Below, piece by piece: positions 1 to 8,794 of a DNA stretch of 24,212 nucleotides (positions are counted from its first letter, which is position 1; every line of letters begins with the position of its first letter). Position numbers and translations under genes: made by a program. Under the pieces are notes generated by a model that saw only the letters and a program-made list of their open reading frames with translations, was not told the DNA's origin and made no database searches. Origin of the DNA: Candidatus Hadarchaeales archaeon (GTDB taxonomy: Archaea; Hadarchaeota; Hadarchaeia; Hadarchaeales; Hadarchaeaceae). Where the stretch lies: the NCBI GenBank assembly GCA_038851565.1, contig JAWCKV010000010.1:1-24212 (forward strand). The letters run 5' to 3'.

Positions 1-2
1 TG

Positions 3-257
3 CAGGTGGGATCGATGGTGGACGGATCGCTCATCAGGAAGATGACCTCGGCGAAGGATCTGCAGAGGTTTCTGGGCGAGACTGTGGAGAGCGTAATGGA
101 CGGGCCGCTCCCCACGGTCGGTGACGATGCGGATGTGGATGTCGTATACAGACTGCTGGAGCACGAGCCCGCCGTGCTGGTGGTTTCGCACGGCAGGGTG
201 GCCGGGATAATAGCGAAGGCTGACCTCTTCAAACTGGCGGGATCGCCGAAGAAGTGA
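3..257 (+). CDS. CBS-domain protein, 3' part only (5' end outside window); possibly an HTH-CBS regulator
   Basis: Frame open from the window edge; CBS signature 'VESVMDGPLPTV...AVLVVSHGRVAGIIAKADL'. Confidence 0.8.
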   Translation, partial: QVGSMVDGSLIRKMTSAKDLQRFLGETVESVMDGPLPTVGDDADVDVVYRLLEHEPAVLVVSHGRVAGIIAKADLFKLAGSPKK

Positions 258-264
258 GACACGC

Positions 265-978
265 ATGAAGGAGATCAGGGAGAGAATTTCAAGGTGGATC
301 GCGGGAGACATAGTGCTCTCGGCAAATCACGGAGAGGCTATCAGGAGATGGAGGGAGAGATTCGGGCTCACGCAGACCGCGCTTGCCGAGAGGGTGGGCG
401 TTTCCCCTTCGGTAGTGAGCGACTACGAGGCCAACCGGAGAAAGTCGCCAGGTGCCTCAATGGTCAGGAGGATAGTCGATATGATGGTCGCCGCCGACGA
501 GGAGAAGGGAGGAACGATAATAAGGAGCCTCTCCCAGCTTTTTGGTCCCCAGCTACCATCCGATGTTGTGCTCGATATAAGGGAGTTCGCGCAGCCGGTC
601 AACGGAAAGACAATCTGCAAGGCGGTCGACGGGGAGGCGGTCGCCAACCGTGAGCTGCTGGACAGGAAGCTCTTCGGCTACACCGCGATAGACGGACCTA
701 GGGCGATACTGGAGCTTTCGGCCGAAGATTTTAAGCGTCTTTATGGACTCACAACAGAGAGGGCGCTGGTCTTCACCGGTGTGACCACTGGAAGGTCGCC
801 AATGGTCGCGATAAAGGTGATAGGGATAACCCCGGGAATGGTCATACTGCACGGAGAGCTGGTCTCCCTGGACCAGCTCGGTACCAGGATAGCTGAGATG
901 CTCAGGGTACCGCTCGTGATATCCAGATCACCATCGGTTCAGGCACTTTTGGAGGCGCTGAAGAAGTGCGCTGAGTAG
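265..978 (+). CDS. XRE-type HTH transcriptional regulator with C-terminal DRTGG-like domain (COG1709-like)
   Basis: 'IRRWRERFGLTQTALAERVGVSPSVVSDYEANRRKSPG' HTH; C-terminal 'RALVFTGVTTGRSPMVAI'. Confidence 0.85.
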   Translation: MKEIRERISRWIAGDIVLSANHGEAIRRWRERFGLTQTALAERVGVSPSVVSDYEANRRKSPGASMVRRIVDMMVAADEEKGGTIIRSLSQLFGPQLPSDVVLDIREFAQPVNGKTICKAVDGEAVANRELLDRKLFGYTAIDGPRAILELSAEDFKRLYGLTTERALVFTGVTTGRSPMVAIKVIGITPGMVILHGELVSLDQLGTRIAEMLRVPLVISRSPSVQALLEALKKCAE

Positions 979-1013
979 ATTAACGTCTTTTGACGATATC
1001 TTTTTCGGCAATA

Positions 1014-1038
1014 GAAAGGTATTTATCCCCCTCAGGGG
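1014..1038 (+). promoter_or_regulatory. BRE/TATA promoter of the HMG-CoA synthase operon with adjacent 11-bp palindrome
   Basis: AGAAAGG-TATTTAT followed by CCCCT-C-AGGGG (1028-1038); RBS GGTGAT at 1063-1068. Confidence 0.55.
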
Positions 1039-1071
1039 CGTAAAAGTGATGAAACCGGAGACGGTGATGGG

Positions 1072-2118
1072 TTGGTAGCAGGGATAATCGGGTACGGAGT
1101 GTACATCCCGAGATACAGGATCAAGGCCGAGGAGATAGCGAAGGTCTGGGGCGATGACGCGGAACAGATAAAGAGAGGCCTGATGGTCGAGGAAAAATCG
1201 GTTCCGGGGCCAGACGAGGACACCACGACCATCGCTGTTGAGGCTGCCAGAAACGCCATCAAAAGGGCCGGGATCAATCCACAGGAGATAGGGGCGGTTT
1301 ATGTTGGTTCCGAGTCCCATCCATATGCAGTGAAGCCCACCGCCACCATAGTTGCGGAAGCGGTGATGGCAACCCCGAATCTTACAGCCACAGACATGGA
1401 GTTCGCCTGCAAGGCCGGAACAGCCGGGGTGCAGTGCTGCATGGGGCTCGTGGAGTCAGGAATGGCGAAGTACGGAATGGCAATAGGGGCAGACACGGCG
1501 CAGGGGGCTCCGGGTGATCCTCTGGAGTACACGGCCGCGGCCGGAGGCGCGGCATACATCATAGGAAAGAACTCCAGCCCGCACATCGCAGTGATAGAGG
1601 GCACATGTTCATACACAACGGACACCCCTGACTTCTGGAGGAGGGAGATGAGGCCTTACCCAAGGCACGGGGGCAGGTTCACCGGAAAACCCGCATACTT
1701 CAAGCACGTGAAGTCTGCCACGCAGGAGCTCATGCGCAGGTTGAAGCTTACGCCACAGGACTTCACTTATGCGGTCTTCCATCAGCCTAACGGGAAGTTC
1801 CCGCTCATGATCGCAGAGGAGCTGGGGTTCACAAAGGAACAGGTGCTGCCAGGTCTGATCACTCCGAAAATAGGGAACACGTATTCCGGTGCATCGCTCA
1901 TCGGACTGGCGGCGGTTCTTGATCGGGCAAAGCCGGGTGACCGCATCCTGTTGGCCTCATTCGGCTCGGGTGCCGGGAGCGATGCTTTCAGCATAATGGT
2001 GAGTGATGCAATAGAAGAGAAGAGAGGCCTCGCACCGAGTGTGGCGGATTACATTGACAATAAGATTTACGTGAGCTACTCGATCTATGCGAAGTACAGG
2101 AGGATAATGGTGAAGTAA
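1072..2118 (+). CDS. Hydroxymethylglutaryl-CoA synthase (archaeal type), TTG start
   Basis: '[11 protein letters not shown]', catalytic 'EFACKAGT', 'DTPDFWRR', 'FHQPNGKFP', 'GNTYSG', 'SFGSGAGSD'. Confidence 0.95.
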   Translation: MVAGIIGYGVYIPRYRIKAEEIAKVWGDDAEQIKRGLMVEEKSVPGPDEDTTTIAVEAARNAIKRAGINPQEIGAVYVGSESHPYAVKPTATIVAEAVMATPNLTATDMEFACKAGTAGVQCCMGLVESGMAKYGMAIGADTAQGAPGDPLEYTAAAGGAAYIIGKNSSPHIAVIEGTCSYTTDTPDFWRREMRPYPRHGGRFTGKPAYFKHVKSATQELMRRLKLTPQDFTYAVFHQPNGKFPLMIAEELGFTKEQVLPGLITPKIGNTYSGASLIGLAAVLDRAKPGDRILLASFGSGAGSDAFSIMVSDAIEEKRGLAPSVADYIDNKIYVSYSIYAKYRRIMVK

Positions 2119-3282
2119 ATGAGGAAGGTTGCCGTAATCGGAGTTGGTCAGACGAAGTTCGGCGAGCTTTGGGACGTTTCATTCAGGCAGATGGTGTTGG
2201 ACGCAGGGGTCCGCGCGCTCGAGGACGCGGGGATAGATGGAACGAATATTGATGCCCTGTACATAGGCAACATGTCCGGCGGGCAGTTCATCAAGCAGGA
2301 ACACATCTCCTCGCTCATAGCGGACCACTCCGGGCTTGTGCCGCTGCCGTCTACCAGGGTTGAGGCTGCCTGCGCTTCCGGAGGTCTCGCGCTGAGGCAG
2401 GCATTCATCTCGGTGGCATCCGGAGTGCACGACTTCGTTGTGGCTGCCGGGATAGAGAAGATGACCGACGTTCTGTCTGAGCAGGCGACAGGAGCGCTCG
2501 CGACCGCTGCGGATCAGGAGTGGGAGGTATACGCAGGGGCCACATTTCCCGGACTGTACGCCCTGATGGCCAGGAGACACATGTATGAGTTCGGAACCAC
2601 TGAGGAGGACATGGCCAGGGTTGCGGTCAAGAACCACAGGAACGCGTGTCTGAATCCGTGCGCCCAGTATCACACCGAGATCACCGTTGAGTCGGTGTTG
2701 AAGTCTCCTCCGGTCGCGCTTCCTCTGAAGCTGCTCGACTGCTCTCCTGTGACCGACGGTGCGGCGTGTCTGGTGCTGGCACCTGCGGACCTTGCCAGAA
2801 AGTACACGGACACCCCTGTGCTAATTGCCGGGAGCGGACAGGCTAGTGACACCATCTCGCTCCACAGCAGGTCCTCGCTCACTTCTCTAAGGGCGACCGT
2901 GGAGGCGGCCAGGATAGCCTACAGGATGGCGGGGGTCGAAGCTTCGGACATTGACCTTGCCGAGGTCCACGACTGCTTCACGATAGCGGAGCTGATGGCA
3001 ATCGAGGATCTGGGTTTCTGCAGCAAGGGTGAGGGTGGAAAACTCACGAGGGAAGGAGTGACGGAGATCGGTGGCTCGATACCGATAAACACCAGCGGAG
3101 GGCTGAAGGGCAAGGGACACCCGGTTGGCGCCACGGGCATAGCCCAGGCGGTTGAGATCGTGCACCAGCTCAGAGGTGAGGGAGGCAAGAGACAGGTGAG
3201 CGGCGCGGAGATCGGGCTGACGCACAACGTGGGCGGGTCCGGGGGCACCGCTGTGGTTCACGTGCTCAGGAGGGGAGATTGA
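2119..3282 (+). CDS. Acetoacetyl-CoA thiolase (archaeal SCP2-thiolase-like)
   Basis: 'EAACASGG', 'EVHDCF', 'GHPVGATG', 'HNVGG'; abuts the HMG-CoA synthase stop. Confidence 0.95.
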   Translation: MRKVAVIGVGQTKFGELWDVSFRQMVLDAGVRALEDAGIDGTNIDALYIGNMSGGQFIKQEHISSLIADHSGLVPLPSTRVEAACASGGLALRQAFISVASGVHDFVVAAGIEKMTDVLSEQATGALATAADQEWEVYAGATFPGLYALMARRHMYEFGTTEEDMARVAVKNHRNACLNPCAQYHTEITVESVLKSPPVALPLKLLDCSPVTDGAACLVLAPADLARKYTDTPVLIAGSGQASDTISLHSRSSLTSLRATVEAARIAYRMAGVEASDIDLAEVHDCFTIAELMAIEDLGFCSKGEGGKLTREGVTEIGGSIPINTSGGLKGKGHPVGATGIAQAVEIVHQLRGEGGKRQVSGAEIGLTHNVGGSGGTAVVHVLRRGD

Positions 3283-3698
3283 TGGCGGTTCCTAGGTTCT
3301 GGCGTGAGATACCCAGCAGGTACAACCTGATCGGCAGCAGGTGCGAGAACTGCAACAAGGTCTTCTTCCCTCCGCGGTACATCTGTCCGCAGTGCAGGAG
3401 GGTTGGGAAGATGCAGCCGCACAGCCTGAATCCCTACGGAAAGGTGGTTTCGCACACCACGATATATGCCGCTGCGAGCGGGTTCGAGGATCAGGTGCCG
3501 TATGCGCTCGCGATAATAGAGCTTGATGAGGGGCCGAAGGTACTCACCCAGGTTACCGACTGCGACCCGAACGACCTTAGGATAGGGGATCGTGTGGAGC
3601 TCATATTCAGGAAGCTTGGCGAGGAGGGAGAGGACGGGGTGATATACTACGGCTACAAGGCCAGAAAAGTGAACTCTAAACCCGCCTCGCAAACGTGA
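3279..3698 (+). CDS. DUF35 Zn-ribbon/OB-fold scaffold protein of the thiolase-HMGCS complex
   Basis: 'RFWR...[12 protein letters not shown]...PPRYICPQC' plus OB fold and 'GVIYYGYK'; start TTG 3279 or ATG 3282. Confidence 0.92.
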   Translation: MMAVPRFWREIPSRYNLIGSRCENCNKVFFPPRYICPQCRRVGKMQPHSLNPYGKVVSHTTIYAAASGFEDQVPYALAIIELDEGPKVLTQVTDCDPNDLRIGDRVELIFRKLGEEGEDGVIYYGYKARKVNSKPASQT

Positions 3699-4431
3699 GA
3701 TAGCCGGTGTGGGCTATCATCCTCGATCCAGGTCTCGTACCCTTTTCCGTGACCAGTATGTCCCTCACCAGGCACTCTATCGTCCTCAGTTCCGTGAACC
3801 TGAAGTCGGCGGCAGCCCTGTAGAAGCGCTGAAGGTGCTCAACGCAGGGGGCGAAAACCGCCAGATATCCTCCAGGCTTCAGCGATCTTTCCGCGTGCGG
3901 AAGGACCAGCTCAGGGCTGGGCAGGTCTATTGTCACGAGGTCCAGGTCCTTCTCATCTATGCCCGAGTAAATGTCCTTCAGCTTCACTGTGACCACCCCG
4001 TCCAGCCCGGCCATCTTCACGTTCTCCTCAGCCACCCTGGCAAAGTCCTCCCTTATCTCGTAGCTCACCACCCTTCCGTCCGGCCTCACCAGATTTCCGA
4101 TGAAGATCGCAAGAGCACCAGAGCCAGCCCCCGCGTCCACCACCATGCTCCCGGGACCGACCCCGGTGTTGGCCACTATCTGGGCCGCGTCCTTGGGCAG
4201 CATTATCTGCGGAACGCGCCTGAGCTTCTGGAGATAGTCTGTGGCCGAGGGCGGGAGCACCACGAATTCCCTGCCGAGGTGCGACCTTATCCTGGCCCCC
4301 GGCTCCGCGCCTATAGCCGCTTCCAGATCCACAACCCCCTGGCTTGTCTGAAGCTTTCTCCGCTCCGCCCTCGTGAGGTATTTTTTTCCCCGCACGTCGA
4401 TCAGTACTATTCTGTCACCCTCGCGTATCAT
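3676..4431 (-). CDS. trmI: tRNA (adenine57/58-N1)-methyltransferase
   Basis: 'PQIMLPKDA', SAM motif 'VDAGAGSGAL', 'SYEIREDF', 'IDLPSP', 'TRP...HTGYLTFAR'. Confidence 0.93.
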   Translation of the reverse strand: MIREGDRIVLIDVRGKKYLTRAERRKLQTSQGVVDLEAAIGAEPGARIRSHLGREFVVLPPSATDYLQKLRRVPQIMLPKDAAQIVANTGVGPGSMVVDAGAGSGALAIFIGNLVRPDGRVVSYEIREDFARVAEENVKMAGLDGVVTVKLKDIYSGIDEKDLDLVTIDLPSPELVLPHAERSLKPGGYLAVFAPCVEHLQRFYRAAADFRFTELRTIECLVRDILVTEKGTRPGSRMIAHTGYLTFARRV

Positions 4432-4435
4432 GGAG

Positions 4436-4464
4436 GCCCTGATGAAGCTATTTATCGCCCTGAT
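4436..4464. promoter_or_regulatory. Divergent trmI/secF promoter region: AT box flanked by direct repeats
   Basis: GCCCTGAT (4436-4443), TATTTAT (4449-4455), GCCCTGAT (4457-4464) in a 57-bp intergenic gap. Confidence 0.45.
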
Positions 4465-4488
4465 TAAAATAGGAGGGGTGATGGGAGC

Positions 4489-5346
4489 ATGAGATACCCG
4501 ACAGATCTGAGTCCGAGGCGCATGGTCCTGATCGCGGTCGCAATCTGTCTTCTACTCGGGCTCTCAGCGGTCCTCATCGGGGTTCCGAGGAGCATAGAGT
4601 TCACCGGAGGGACGATGATCAGGATACGGAGCGGGAACGATCTGGATGCATCTGCGGTCGAGTCCGCGCTCGAGGGGATCCTTAGGAAGGACGTCTCGGT
4701 GGACCTGGTCAGGGGAGGACTGGATGCCAGGGTGCAGGCACAGCTTACGGAGGACCAGAAGTCTGAGATAAGGGGTGCGCTTTCCGCTTTCGGTGTGGAT
4801 GAGGGTGAGGTCAGCATAGATTCCCTCGGGCAGAACATCATCGCGGTCTACGCGGGGCAGGCGGTGTTCGCGGTCGTCGGGGCATTCATCGCCATGGCCG
4901 TTATAATAATGATAGCCTTCAGGCGCAGGATTCCGGTCGCCGCAATGCTTCTGGCGGTGGGTCTCGACATGCTCTGCGTGTTTGGTCTGATGAGCATATT
5001 CAGAGTCGACCTGAGCCTCGCTTCCATGGCCGGTATTCTGATGCTCATCGGATACTCGGTCGACACGAACATACTGCTCACAACGAGCCTTCTCAGGAGG
5101 ACTGAGGGGGAACCGCTGGACAGGCTGCGCTCGGCAGTGAGAACAGGTTTAATGATGAGCGGCACGACCCTCATTCCGCTGGTCGCGCTCAATCTGCTGA
5201 CGACCGCGCCGCAGCTTTACCAGCTGACCATGGTCCTGATATTCGGAATACTGGCAGACATGATGAACACCTGGCTGTTGAATTCCGGGCTGCTGCTCTG
5301 GCATATCGGAAGGAAGAAGGAGGTGAGGTATCATGTCGCTCTTTAG
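4489..5346 (+). CDS. secF: Protein translocase subunit SecF
   Basis: 'SIEFTGGT', 'IGYSVDTNILL', about 6 TM helices; RBS GGAGGGGTGA. Confidence 0.93.
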   Translation: MRYPTDLSPRRMVLIAVAICLLLGLSAVLIGVPRSIEFTGGTMIRIRSGNDLDASAVESALEGILRKDVSVDLVRGGLDARVQAQLTEDQKSEIRGALSAFGVDEGEVSIDSLGQNIIAVYAGQAVFAVVGAFIAMAVIIMIAFRRRIPVAAMLLAVGLDMLCVFGLMSIFRVDLSLASMAGILMLIGYSVDTNILLTTSLLRRTEGEPLDRLRSAVRTGLMMSGTTLIPLVALNLLTTAPQLYQLTMVLIFGILADMMNTWLLNSGLLLWHIGRKKEVRYHVAL

Positions 5347-7201
5347 AAAGCGCAGCGTCCTCCTGCTCATGCTGCTGGTTCTGGTTTCGGCGCTTGCCGT
5401 CACGAGTCCGTGGAAGCCGGTCGACCAGAACGCAATGAACGCGATCGGTTGGCCTGCCGAGTACACGAGGGGGCTCAGGTTCGGCGTGGACATAATCGGC
5501 GGATCAAGGATAACGCTCGAGCTGAAGGTTTCCAGAGTCACATTCCAGATCAACGCGGATAACACGGTGAGAGCATGGAGGGAGGAAATAGTGCCGGCTA
5601 TAGAGGACAACCTTTACGTGAGCGTGAGCACCATCTCGTTCGATGAGGCCTCAGGAACAGCGGTCGCGGAGATAGGCAGCAGCGTCACAGCGGAGCTCCT
5701 TCACGACATCACCGGGGATCTGGCGACCGTGGTCAGCATCGAGAGGGTGGCCAGCGACGAAACGGTAAATGATGTGGTGTCGGTCCTGACCGCGAGGGTT
5801 GACCCTTACGGGACGCTGGGCACTAGCTTTACCCCTCTTGGATCAAACCTCGTGCTTTTCGAGGTGGCCGGTCTTCCGGTGGAACAGGCGAAGGCGCTTC
5901 TTGGAAAGCCCGGAAAGCTCGAGGTCTTCATGGACGAGAACCTGCTGCTGCGCGGTGGGGACATAGTGAGCGTGGGTGCACCGTACGCGAGCACGCAGAA
6001 GCAGAACGCTGTGGAGCTTCCCTTCAGGCTGGGCGACGAGGGTGCGTCCAGGTTCAGCGCGGCCGCTGCCGGAAAGGCAGACTATCCCACCGCGATATAC
6101 GTGGACAGGCCGTTCGACTCGGTGATACTGTTCGATCAATCCCTGCTCTCCATGCTGCACGAGACCGAGTACGACCCTGAGAAGATGATTTTCAGGGGCA
6201 CCTCAGGTTCGTTTGCGTACCCGATTATGGTGACAGCCGTAGGTTCGCCGACAGATTCTCTTTCAGAGACGGCTGCGGAGTTTCTGAACTCCCAGGTCGG
6301 GCTGAAGACGAGGATCATACTGCTCGGGAACTTTTCCGCAGAGGTGAGGGAGAGCCTGGAAAACCGATACACGCTCGAGAATTCTCAGAGGAAGCCGGGA
6401 GAGAGCGTAGACAGCTGGATCGAGAGGGTTTGCAACCTGAAAAGCGTCGTGGTGATAAGTCCTGAGCTGGCGTCGGACCTGCAGGAGGGAAAGACTGTCA
6501 GAGACCTCACCATCACTATTACGAGGGCGAGCGTTGGAGAGGCGATGGAGGAGGCCAGAAACCTCAAGATCGTCCTCTCAGAGCGTCTTCCGGTCGAGGT
6601 CGATTATGTCAGCGAGACATCGATAGAGCCCAGGCTAGGGTCCCAGTTCCTGAAGGAGGCGCTCTACGCGGGCATATTCGCGTTGGCCGGAGTTTTCATC
6701 CTCATTTACGTGTGGTACCGGAGGCTGCTGCTGTCGGCAGCCGTGATGCTGACCATGATCTCAGAGCTTGTCATAACTCTTGGCATGGCATCGCTGCTGA
6801 ACTGGTCGGTAGGCCTTTCCGAGCTCGGTGCCCTGATAATAGTTATCGGTACCGGTGTTGACCATCAGATTATCATATCAAACGAGCTGCTCAGAGGAGG
6901 CGCCCCGGAGGCCGGCACACCGAACCTGAAATGGCGGGTATCCCGCGCTTTCTCGGTGATATTCGCCGCGGCCGCCACAACGGCTGCTGCCATGGCGATG
7001 CTGGCGGTTCTGGGGTTCGGGGCGATGAGGGGCTTTGCGCTCATAACTATAACGGGTACTCTCATAGCGGTGCTCATCACCAGGCCCGCGTTCGCGAACA
7101 TCGCGAGCGCGGCGATTCTCTGGCAGGGTAAGAGGGCAGTTAGACGGAAAGAAGAGCGACAAGGGTCAGGGAGGCCCCAAGAGCGCCGAGCATCGCAGTG
7201 A
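5333..7201 (+). CDS. secD: Protein translocase subunit SecD
   Basis: 'LRFGVDIIGGS', 'RVDPYG', 'IEPRLG', 'IGTGVDHQII', 'RGFALIT...ITRPAF'; overlaps the secF end. Confidence 0.93.
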   Translation: MSLFRKRSVLLLMLLVLVSALAVTSPWKPVDQNAMNAIGWPAEYTRGLRFGVDIIGGSRITLELKVSRVTFQINADNTVRAWREEIVPAIEDNLYVSVSTISFDEASGTAVAEIGSSVTAELLHDITGDLATVVSIERVASDETVNDVVSVLTARVDPYGTLGTSFTPLGSNLVLFEVAGLPVEQAKALLGKPGKLEVFMDENLLLRGGDIVSVGAPYASTQKQNAVELPFRLGDEGASRFSAAAAGKADYPTAIYVDRPFDSVILFDQSLLSMLHETEYDPEKMIFRGTSGSFAYPIMVTAVGSPTDSLSETAAEFLNSQVGLKTRIILLGNFSAEVRESLENRYTLENSQRKPGESVDSWIERVCNLKSVVVISPELASDLQEGKTVRDLTITITRASVGEAMEEARNLKIVLSERLPVEVDYVSETSIEPRLGSQFLKEALYAGIFALAGVFILIYVWYRRLLLSAAVMLTMISELVITLGMASLLNWSVGLSELGALIIVIGTGVDHQIIISNELLRGGAPEAGTPNLKWRVSRAFSVIFAAAATTAAAMAMLAVLGFGAMRGFALITITGTLIAVLITRPAFANIASAAILWQGKRAVRRKEERQGSGRPQERRASQ

Positions 7202-7430
7202 ATCCCCAGAGCAGTCCTGAGAATCCGAGCTTTTTAACCGCCCCGCGCAGCATGAGGCAGAGCGCTGCGGAGCACATGAAATTGAACCACACCACGGTCA
7301 GCGCCACGGTGATGGTGTCGGTGCCCGCGACCAGAAGTATGAAGGCTAGAAACCCGGAGACAGCAGATGCGAAAGCGAACGGCTGGAAGAGCGAGAGGAA
7401 AACGTGGAGTTTTTGTGATTCCATTTTCAT
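7140..7430 (-). CDS. Small hypothetical membrane protein (about 3 TM), last gene of the minus-strand ATPase arm
   Basis: ATG at 7430 overlaps the DUF61 stop (ATGA), second ATG at 7424; hydrophobic; overlaps secD 3' end by 62 bp convergently. Confidence 0.6.
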   Translation of the reverse strand: MKMESQKLHVFLSLFQPFAFASAVSGFLAFILLVAGTDTITVALTVVWFNFMCSAALCLMLRGAVKKLGFSGLLWGFTAMLGALGASLTLVALLSV

Positions 7431-7825
7431 CCCCCTGAGAACGCGTACTGCGTGGCGGTCGGTAGTCTGTTCCTCAGAACCGAGACCTCGTGCCCGTATA
7501 TCACCATATCGCCTTCGCATGCTTTTTTTCCCAGCAGGGATGCGACCGCCTTCACCTCCGCCTTCCCCCTGATCACCGCGGCACCGCTTCCCATCTTTCT
7601 ATCAAGCCAGATTATAATGGGAAGCATGAGCTCACCCCATGTCTCCTCTGGCACTATCTCTGACAGAAGCCTTACCTCTTCTTTTCTGATTGAGTGAAGG
7701 GATCCGCTTTTTGTTTCAACTTCCGGTCTTTCCGACTTCAGCGCTTTGATCAGCGAGATCCTCTCCTTCGGCAGGTGTGAGTTGATTCTTCTGATCTCCG
7801 CCTCGATCAGGCTCTCCGCTCCCAT
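7427..7825 (-). CDS. DUF61 (UPF0216) family protein
   Basis: 'RINSHLPKERISL...GSLHSI...LPIII'; start overlaps the atpD end. Confidence 0.75.
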   Translation of the reverse strand: MGAESLIEAEIRRINSHLPKERISLIKALKSERPEVETKSGSLHSIRKEEVRLLSEIVPEETWGELMLPIIIWLDRKMGSGAAVIRGKAEVKAVASLLGKKACEGDMVIYGHEVSVLRNRLPTATQYAFSGG

Positions 7826-8460
7826 CCCCTCTCCTCCATGATCTTCTTTATCCTCTTCAGGCGCGCGAAGTTCTCCCGTTCTATCTCGTCCAGCCGCATC
7901 ACAATGAACTTTATCGCCTCTCTCAGCCGTGGGATCAGGATGTACTCCAGCGCGTTCACCCTTCTTTTGGTCCTCTCCAGCTCATCCGCGATCCCCATGG
8001 CATCCGCCTCCGCCTCAGCCAGAGGAACAAGCATCTCGACCGCCGCCTCGAACTCTCTGGCAGCCGTATCTAGGTGGGCCGAGGTTGAGTGCAGGCAGTA
8101 TCCTCTTCCTGACGCTGTGCGAATTGCCGAGATTTTCTCAAGCGATGGCAGCACTATGCCCATCAGATTTCTGGTCGATGCATCGATCTCTATCTCTCCC
8201 GTGCCCTCCCTAGCCGCCTGAAGGGTCTCCTTAGTTCCGACCGCGGCGAGGCAGAGCGAGAGCGCCCGGTGTGCCTTTTCGAGCTGTTTGAAAGCTGTAC
8301 CCCTCAGCTCCTGGATCCTCCTGAGCACGGAAAAGAGTTCCATGATGAGGGCATCCATCTTCTCCTCTAGCAGATCGTGGCCCGTCTTCGCCAGGGATTC
8401 CCTCTTTCTGAGCTTCATCAGTTCTGTCCTCGTCGGAGAGAGTTCAGTTGCGGTCGCCAT
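7807..8460 (-). CDS. atpD: A-type ATP synthase subunit D
   Basis: 'PTRTEL...GHDLLEEK', 'TKRRVNALEYILIP', 'ERENFARLK'; ATG at 8460 behind RBS GGAGGT. Confidence 0.95.
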   Translation of the reverse strand: MATATELSPTRTELMKLRKRESLAKTGHDLLEEKMDALIMELFSVLRRIQELRGTAFKQLEKAHRALSLCLAAVGTKETLQAAREGTGEIEIDASTRNLMGIVLPSLEKISAIRTASGRGYCLHSTSAHLDTAAREFEAAVEMLVPLAEAEADAMGIADELERTKRRVNALEYILIPRLREAIKFIVMRLDEIERENFARLKRIKKIMEERGWERRA

Positions 8461-8461
8461 C

Positions 8462-8794
8462 TCATGACCTCCCAACCGAGATTTCAGCGCCGACCGTTCT
8501 CTTCAGACGTTCCCCGAGTTCGTCCGTTCTCGGAACGTATCCCCTGCTGTCCGGGATCCTCATCACCACCGGAAACGGGCCCTTTGACCTCAGAAGTTGC
8601 GACATTTCCGCCCCAAGATCCTCCGCTGCCCGGTGCGTGATCATTATGAGCCCGACATCCCCCCTTTTCATGAAGTCCCCGAGCGCCGCGAGCGTGGAGT
8701 CCCTGTCGGTGTGCACGTGGGCGATCTTAACGCCAGCCAGCGCCATCCCGATCACCGTCGATCTGTCGCCGATCACCGCGACCTTAAACTTCAA
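8462..8794 (-). CDS. atpF: A-type ATP synthase subunit F (TTG start)
   Basis: 'KVAVIGDRSTVIGMALAGV', 'RIPD', 'KRTVGAEI'. Confidence 0.93.
   Translation of the reverse strand: MKFKVAVIGDRSTVIGMALAGVKIAHVHTDRDSTLAALGDFMKRGDVGLIMITHRAAEDLGAEMSQLLRSKGPFPVVMRIPDSRGYVPRTDELGERLKRTVGAEISVGRS

Noticed and set aside
1072..3698. HMG-CoA synthase/thiolase/DUF35 cluster as a novel system
   Set aside because: Well-known archaeal complex for mevalonate pathway entry.
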